A stretch of 64,000 nucleotides of DNA from Desulfobacterales bacterium (GTDB lineage Bacteria; Desulfobacterota; Desulfobacteria; Desulfobacterales; UBA2174), in the NCBI GenBank assembly GCA_963668645.2, contig CAXXWC010000019.1, forward strand, positions 352,001 through 416,000. Direction: 5' to 3'. Under the pieces are notes generated by a model, which worked only from the letters and a program-made list of their open reading frames with translations, did not search any database and was not told the origin of the DNA. Below, piece by piece: positions 59,245 through 64,000 of this stretch (its first letter is position 1; each line of letters opens with the position of its first letter). A program made the position numbers and the translations under genes.

Positions 59245-60591
59245 TTAATCCGCTTCTTCGGCGGGAGAAATCTTCTTGAGCTTTTCGCGCAGGGTGCGGC
59301 GGGTAATGCCCAGGATTCGGGCGGCGGCACTCTTGTTTTGATCCACGCTGGCCAGAACCGCTGCGATGTATTCGGCCTCCATGGCTTCCAGGGGCCGATC
59401 CAGCCGCGGCGCAGCCGGCACGGTATAGCGCATCCATTCGGGCAGGTCCGGGGCTTCGAGGACGTCGGCACCGGACATGGCCATCATGCGCATGATCACG
59501 TTTTCCATCTCCCGCACGTTGCCTGGCCAGTGATAGGCGTTGAGGATGGCCAGCACCCGGTCCTCGATGCGGGGTATGGGGCGGCCGTATTCACGCGCAA
59601 ATTTGTCAAGAAAGTGACGGATCAGCAGCGGCAGATCGTCACCGCGTTCTCGCAGCGGCGGCACGCTGATACCGATCACGTTGAGCCGGTAATAGAGGTC
59701 TTCACGGAAGGCATTCTGGCGCACCAGTGCCCGCAGGTCCTTGTTGGTCGCGGCGATGATGCGCACATCGACCCGGGTCGGCCGATTGGCGCCCAGCATG
59801 GTGAATTCTTTTTCCTGGATCACCCGCAGCAATTTGACCTGCATCGCAGCAGTCGCCTCTCCGATCTCATCGAGAAGGATCGTGCCGCCGTCGGCCGTCT
59901 GGAAAAAACCGGCCCGGGTACAGCCGGCTCCGGTGAACGCCCCCTTGAGGTGGCCGAAAAGTTCGCTTTCCAGCAGGGTCTCGGGGATGGCGCCGCAGTT
60001 GACCGGGACAAACGGGGCACTGGCGCGTGCGCTTTGGTAATGGATGGCCCGGGCCACCAGTTCCTTGCCCGTTCCACTTTCCCCCTGGACCAGGACCGTG
60101 GCGTCGGTGGCGGCCGCACGGCCGATGGCACCGTAAAGGGCCGCCATGGCAGGACTGTCACCGATCAATCCGTATCGCGCATATGCCGAAGAAACGTCTG
60201 GCGGGGCCACCCGCAGCCGGCGCTTGGCCAGGGCCGCATCCACGGCCCCCTCCAGCTCGGCGGCGGTAAAGGGCTTGACAAGGTATTCTTCGGCCCCGTT
60301 TTTCACCGCCTGGACCACCTCGTCATAGCGCGGATAGCCGGTGATGACGACGACTTCGACACTCCGGTAATTGTCGCGCACATGCTTGAGCAGATCCAGC
60401 CCGCTGGCACCGGGCATCTTGATGTCGGTAATCACCAGGTCCACCGGCCGGCTGGCGAGGATCTCCAATGCGGCCTCGGCCGAGTCTGCCGTGCTGGTGC
60501 GCTGCCCCCGGGCCTCCAGGTTGCGCCGCAACACCTCGCGGGTGTCGCCGGCGTCGTCGACAATCAGAATATGTTCACCGGTACGGATCAT
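59245..60591 (-). CDS. Sigma54-dependent response regulator (NtrC family)
   Basis: LIVDD, ITDIKMP, GESGTGKE, GAFTGA, WPGNVRE, HTH. Confidence 0.95.
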   Translation of the reverse strand: MIRTGEHILIVDDAGDTREVLRRNLEARGQRTSTADSAEAALEILASRPVDLVITDIKMPGASGLDLLKHVRDNYRSVEVVVITGYPRYDEVVQAVKNGAEEYLVKPFTAAELEGAVDAALAKRRLRVAPPDVSSAYARYGLIGDSPAMAALYGAIGRAAATDATVLVQGESGTGKELVARAIHYQSARASAPFVPVNCGAIPETLLESELFGHLKGAFTGAGCTRAGFFQTADGGTILLDEIGEATAAMQVKLLRVIQEKEFTMLGANRPTRVDVRIIAATNKDLRALVRQNAFREDLYYRLNVIGISVPPLRERGDDLPLLIRHFLDKFAREYGRPIPRIEDRVLAILNAYHWPGNVREMENVIMRMMAMSGADVLEAPDLPEWMRYTVPAAPRLDRPLEAMEAEYIAAVLASVDQNKSAAARILGITRRTLREKLKKISPAEEAD

Positions 60592-62281
60592 CTGTTTTTG
60601 CGCCGCCGCTGCCTTGGGATGCCGGTGGAAAATCGATTTCAATCCGCGTTCCGGCGCCCGGCGTGCTCGTCACCCGGATCGTTCCGCCGGCGCCGCTGAC
60701 GATGTCCTGAACCACCGGAAGCCCCAGACCGGTGCCCTGGTGGTGAGGCTTGGTGGTAAAAAACGGAATAAACATTTTTTCCCGAACCTGAGGCGTCATG
60801 CCGCAACCGTTGTCTTCAATCACCACCCGGGCCCGGCGCGAATCGGCCCGGGTAAGCAAACCCAAACGGCCGCCGCGGCCCATGGCCTGGAGGGCGTTCA
60901 AGATCAGGTTGGAAAAAACCTGGCGCAGCTGGGCCGGATCGATTTTTACCCGCCCCGTGTCGGATGCGAGGGACATATCAATGGTGATTTCGTCTTTTTT
61001 GCAACGGAATTCGAAAAGAGACAGGCTTTCGCGCAGCACCGCGTTGACCGGCACCGCCTGGGGTTTGGACGCAACCTTGCGGGAAAACAGCAATAATTTG
61101 CGAACCACCTCCCGGGCGTGCAGAGAGGTGGAGACGATGCGGGCGATGTCCTGGCTTGCCTGGGCAGGCAAACCGGCACACTTGCCCGCCAGTTGAGCGT
61201 AACCGAGAATGGCGGTCAACGGCTCGTTGATCTCGTGGGCGATGGCGGCCGAAAGCTGGCCCATCATGTTGAGCCGGTCGGTATGCGCCAGGCGGTCCCG
61301 CATTTCGGCCTTCTCGCGATCGAAGTCCTTTTGCGCGATAATCTTGGACAGCTCACAGGCAATGGTGTCGAGAAGCTTCCGTTCTTCTTTGAGAAACGGC
61401 CCCTCATCGAGGTGCATGTGCTCGGCCGTGTAAACGACCTCGATCCAGCCCCGGCGGTTGGCGTCCACCACGATATCACTGGCCAGTGTCAGGCCGGCTG
61501 AAAACGCCCCTTGGTCCCCGTAATCCACCCCATCGAGGCGGATGTGCACCCTGGCATCGTCGCTGTACAAAAAGGCATCGGAAACGATGGCCGCAATCTT
61601 TCCGAGCAGAGCTTCAAGTGAAACGGTCTCACCGGCATCAATGCGCGCCATGCGATAAAGGCAGGTCAACTCCTTGACCCGTTCGCCCAATGCCTGGCTC
61701 GCCTGCCAGTTCGCGACGGCAAGTTGAAACAGGGGGGCGATCTTGTGAAAACGGGTCATGCGCGCCGGCCACTTCCTGTCAGGAGTCCCGTTGGCGAGAA
61801 CAAGCATTCCCGGGCTTCCGTCGATGCGGTCAAAGGCCGCCACCAGCAGGGCCGGCGCATCACGCCCCGCCAACCTCGTCACGAGCGTCAATGCCCTTTC
61901 GGCTTCCATATCCGCCGTTTTCAAACGGCTTCTGTCATCGATCCACCAGACAGCCGCCTGCGGCACGGCGATAAGCCGTGGTGGCGGATACCCCTTGTTC
62001 AATTGCCGGACCAGCTCCGCCGGAGACCCCACCGCCTCGGGTAATCTGGCTTCCAACCGGCGGCCGTTTTCCGTAGCGGCCATTTCGGAGCCCGAAGTGA
62101 CCACGTCTGACCGCACGCTGCGATAGACCGTATTGTCCAAAAACCATAACAACCCCCGATCGCAGCCGAACAGGGCCACCAGGGACTCGACCGCGGCCCG
62201 GAAAAAAGAACCCCGATCTGCCCCGCGATTCGCTTCGGCCAGAATCCGGGAAAGTGCTTCCAGCGCCGTAATTTTGTTCAT
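60575..62281 (-). CDS. Cytoplasmic sensor histidine kinase (GAF-like input)
   Basis: AHEINEP, NLILNA, DNGCGM, FFTTK, GTGLGL; no obvious TM helix. Confidence 0.92.
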   Translation of the reverse strand: MNKITALEALSRILAEANRGADRGSFFRAAVESLVALFGCDRGLLWFLDNTVYRSVRSDVVTSGSEMAATENGRRLEARLPEAVGSPAELVRQLNKGYPPPRLIAVPQAAVWWIDDRSRLKTADMEAERALTLVTRLAGRDAPALLVAAFDRIDGSPGMLVLANGTPDRKWPARMTRFHKIAPLFQLAVANWQASQALGERVKELTCLYRMARIDAGETVSLEALLGKIAAIVSDAFLYSDDARVHIRLDGVDYGDQGAFSAGLTLASDIVVDANRRGWIEVVYTAEHMHLDEGPFLKEERKLLDTIACELSKIIAQKDFDREKAEMRDRLAHTDRLNMMGQLSAAIAHEINEPLTAILGYAQLAGKCAGLPAQASQDIARIVSTSLHAREVVRKLLLFSRKVASKPQAVPVNAVLRESLSLFEFRCKKDEITIDMSLASDTGRVKIDPAQLRQVFSNLILNALQAMGRGGRLGLLTRADSRRARVVIEDNGCGMTPQVREKMFIPFFTTKPHHQGTGLGLPVVQDIVSGAGGTIRVTSTPGAGTRIEIDFPPASQGSGGAKTDDPYR

Positions 62282-62605
62282 TTCTAACCGAAGAATCAGT
62301 GTGAAAAGACGTTATCTTCCCCTGCGACAGGAGTCCTCTTCAAACAACGTCATTCCAGTTCGCAGAGGGCGTGCATAGCACATTGTCAAATAAATTTGCC
62401 AGCAATTCCCAATTCCCGCTGAACCCTGTGATTCTGGCGGCATAACCAGAACGGGAGGCTCGTTGCCACCCATTTGTCTCAAAGGGGGCAGGATCAGGAA
62501 AGCGATTGCATTGTCTTGGCCAGGACCTATACTTAGGACAAGTATGATCGGTCGCTGTCGATTACCTGCCTGAGCTTAACCCCCGGAGCCCAAGGAGCCC
62601 GTGCC

Positions 62606-64000
62606 ATGGCCACCGAAGCCGCACCAACGCCAGCCGCCCGCCGCCGCAAGTTGCGCTGGGTCCTCATCGCCGTCAGCGCCCTGGTACTGATCTATACCCT
62701 GACCGGATTTCTGGTGGTGCCCTGGGTGATCGAGTCCTACGGGGCCCGACGCTTGGGCGAGATCCTGCAGCGACCGGTGCGGATCGCAGAGGCGGCCTTC
62801 AATCCCTATGCTTTTACCCTGCGGATCAAGGGAATGGCCATCGACGAAACCGACGGCCAGCCCCTGATCCGGATTCAGGAGCTGTTCACCGACCTGGCCG
62901 TGATCGATTCCATCGGCGGCACACCCACCGTGGCGCGCCTCGATCTGGTGGGCCCGGAAGTATATCTGACGCGCCTGGCCGACGGGACCGTCAACCTGGC
63001 CCACCTGGGGCCGCAGGCGCAGGACCGGCCGGCACCGGAAAAAGAAAAGGCACCGGACGGAAAAACCGATTTCAAACTGGTCGATTTCACCCTCACCCAG
63101 GGTCAGGTGGTATTCCGCGACGAAAGCGCCGAAGGTTTTCAGACCACCCTCAGCCCGATCACCGCGACCCTTGCCAACCTGACCACCGCGCCCGATCAGC
63201 GGGCTGCCTATACGTTAAAATTGACCACCGAGGCCGGCGAAACCTTGACCGTGGACGGCGGCTTGACCCTGAGCGAGCTGGGTGCCGAAGGGCGCCTGGT
63301 CTTGTCCGGCGTCCTTCTGGCGAAGTACGCGCCCTACTATCGCGGCTACGTCGGTTTTCAAAAGGCCGACGGCCGGCTGGATCTGGATCTGGCTTTCCGC
63401 TACGGCGACGGCCAGGTCCGCCTCGATCCGGTTTCGGCCGCCCTTTCAGACCTGGCCCTTGCCGATCCGCGCAGCGCCGAAACGCTGGTGGCCCTTTCGC
63501 AGCTGAAGGTGGACGGCACCCGGGTCGATACCGCGACCCGCACGGTCACGGTGGCGCAGGTGGGCATCGAGGGCCTGGCGCTTAACACCCACCGCGACGC
63601 CGAAGGACGCATCGACCTGGTGGATCTGTTCGCGCCGCCGGCGGCCAAGCCTTCTTCGCAAAAGGTCGAATCACCGGGGACGAAGCCGGAGTCGGAAACG
63701 GTTGCCGCTCCAGAGCCCGGGCCACAGGCGACACCGTCTGCCCCAGCGCCCCCGGCAGAACAGGGGACGCCGACGCCCGAACCGCCCCCAGCGCCGGACG
63801 GGGCAGCCACAGCGGCCCAGCCGTGGACAGCGACCATCGAAGGGATCAACCTTGCCGCAGGCCCGATGCGCTTCGCAGACGCCGCAGGGATAGAGCCGTC
63901 AAAGGTCTCCCTGGAGACCCTGAACCTGCAGCTGGGACCGCTGACCGCCGGCGGACAAGACGTCCAGATCGCCGGCCTGGCCGTGGAGATGCAAAACCTG
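62606..64000 (+). CDS. DUF748/AsmA-like envelope protein (runs off the window; absent from ORF track)
   Basis: AAGGAG before ATG62606; MATEAAP..RRRKLRW, TM ending YTLTGFLVVP, FNPY..TLRI; no stop seen before the window end. Confidence 0.8.
   Translation, partial: MATEAAPTPAARRRKLRWVLIAVSALVLIYTLTGFLVVPWVIESYGARRLGEILQRPVRIAEAAFNPYAFTLRIKGMAIDETDGQPLIRIQELFTDLAVIDSIGGTPTVARLDLVGPEVYLTRLADGTVNLAHLGPQAQDRPAPEKEKAPDGKTDFKLVDFTLTQGQVVFRDESAEGFQTTLSPITATLANLTTAPDQRAAYTLKLTTEAGETLTVDGGLTLSELGAEGRLVLSGVLLAKYAPYYRGYVGFQKADGRLDLDLAFRYGDGQVRLDPVSAALSDLALADPRSAETLVALSQLKVDGTRVDTATRTVTVAQVGIEGLALNTHRDAEGRIDLVDLFAPPAAKPSSQKVESPGTKPESETVAAPEPGPQATPSAPAPPAEQGTPTPEPPPAPDGAATAAQPWTATIEGINLAAGPMRFADAAGIEPSKVSLETLNLQLGPLTAGGQDVQIAGLAVEMQNL

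Overview
GC-rich bacterial chromosome segment. Gene content (sigma54 regulators, RACo, large GDH, DUF748) suggests an anaerobic Desulfobacterota-like organism, which is an inference. Left part (1-22.4 kb): two TRAP DctP genes, a hybrid kinase/sigma54 regulator pair, an ECF sigma/anti-sigma-controlled RND efflux system, a SorC-regulated operon (ComB-like phosphatase, form IV RuBisCO-like protein, Tm-1-like ATP-binding protein, two TIM-barrel paralogues) and a cobalamin riboswitch ahead of a RACo/ASKHA gene. Middle (22.6-37.4 kb): a chromosomal integron with a decayed intI and at least five AT-rich cassettes (NACHT NTPase, NERD-like nuclease, HNH, unknown, cyclase-like) with readable attC sites. 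Two attC sites are interrupted. attC3 is split exactly at its G|TT crossover by a 3.06-kb element encoding three tyrosine recombinases and bounded by 15-bp imperfect inverted repeats. attC5 carries a group IIC-attC intron, itself broken by a serine-recombinase element. Right part: tRNA-Ser(CGA) and housekeeping genes (CHASE2 cyclase, pgk, radC, gpsA, gyrA, thiolase, arfB, Lon-like protease, cutA, a sigma54-driven glutamate dehydrogenase unit, a two-component system, DUF748). Best candidates for an undescribed system: the attC-inserted recombinase trio and the RLP/Tm-1-like operon. All calls come from reading motifs by eye; no database searches were run.
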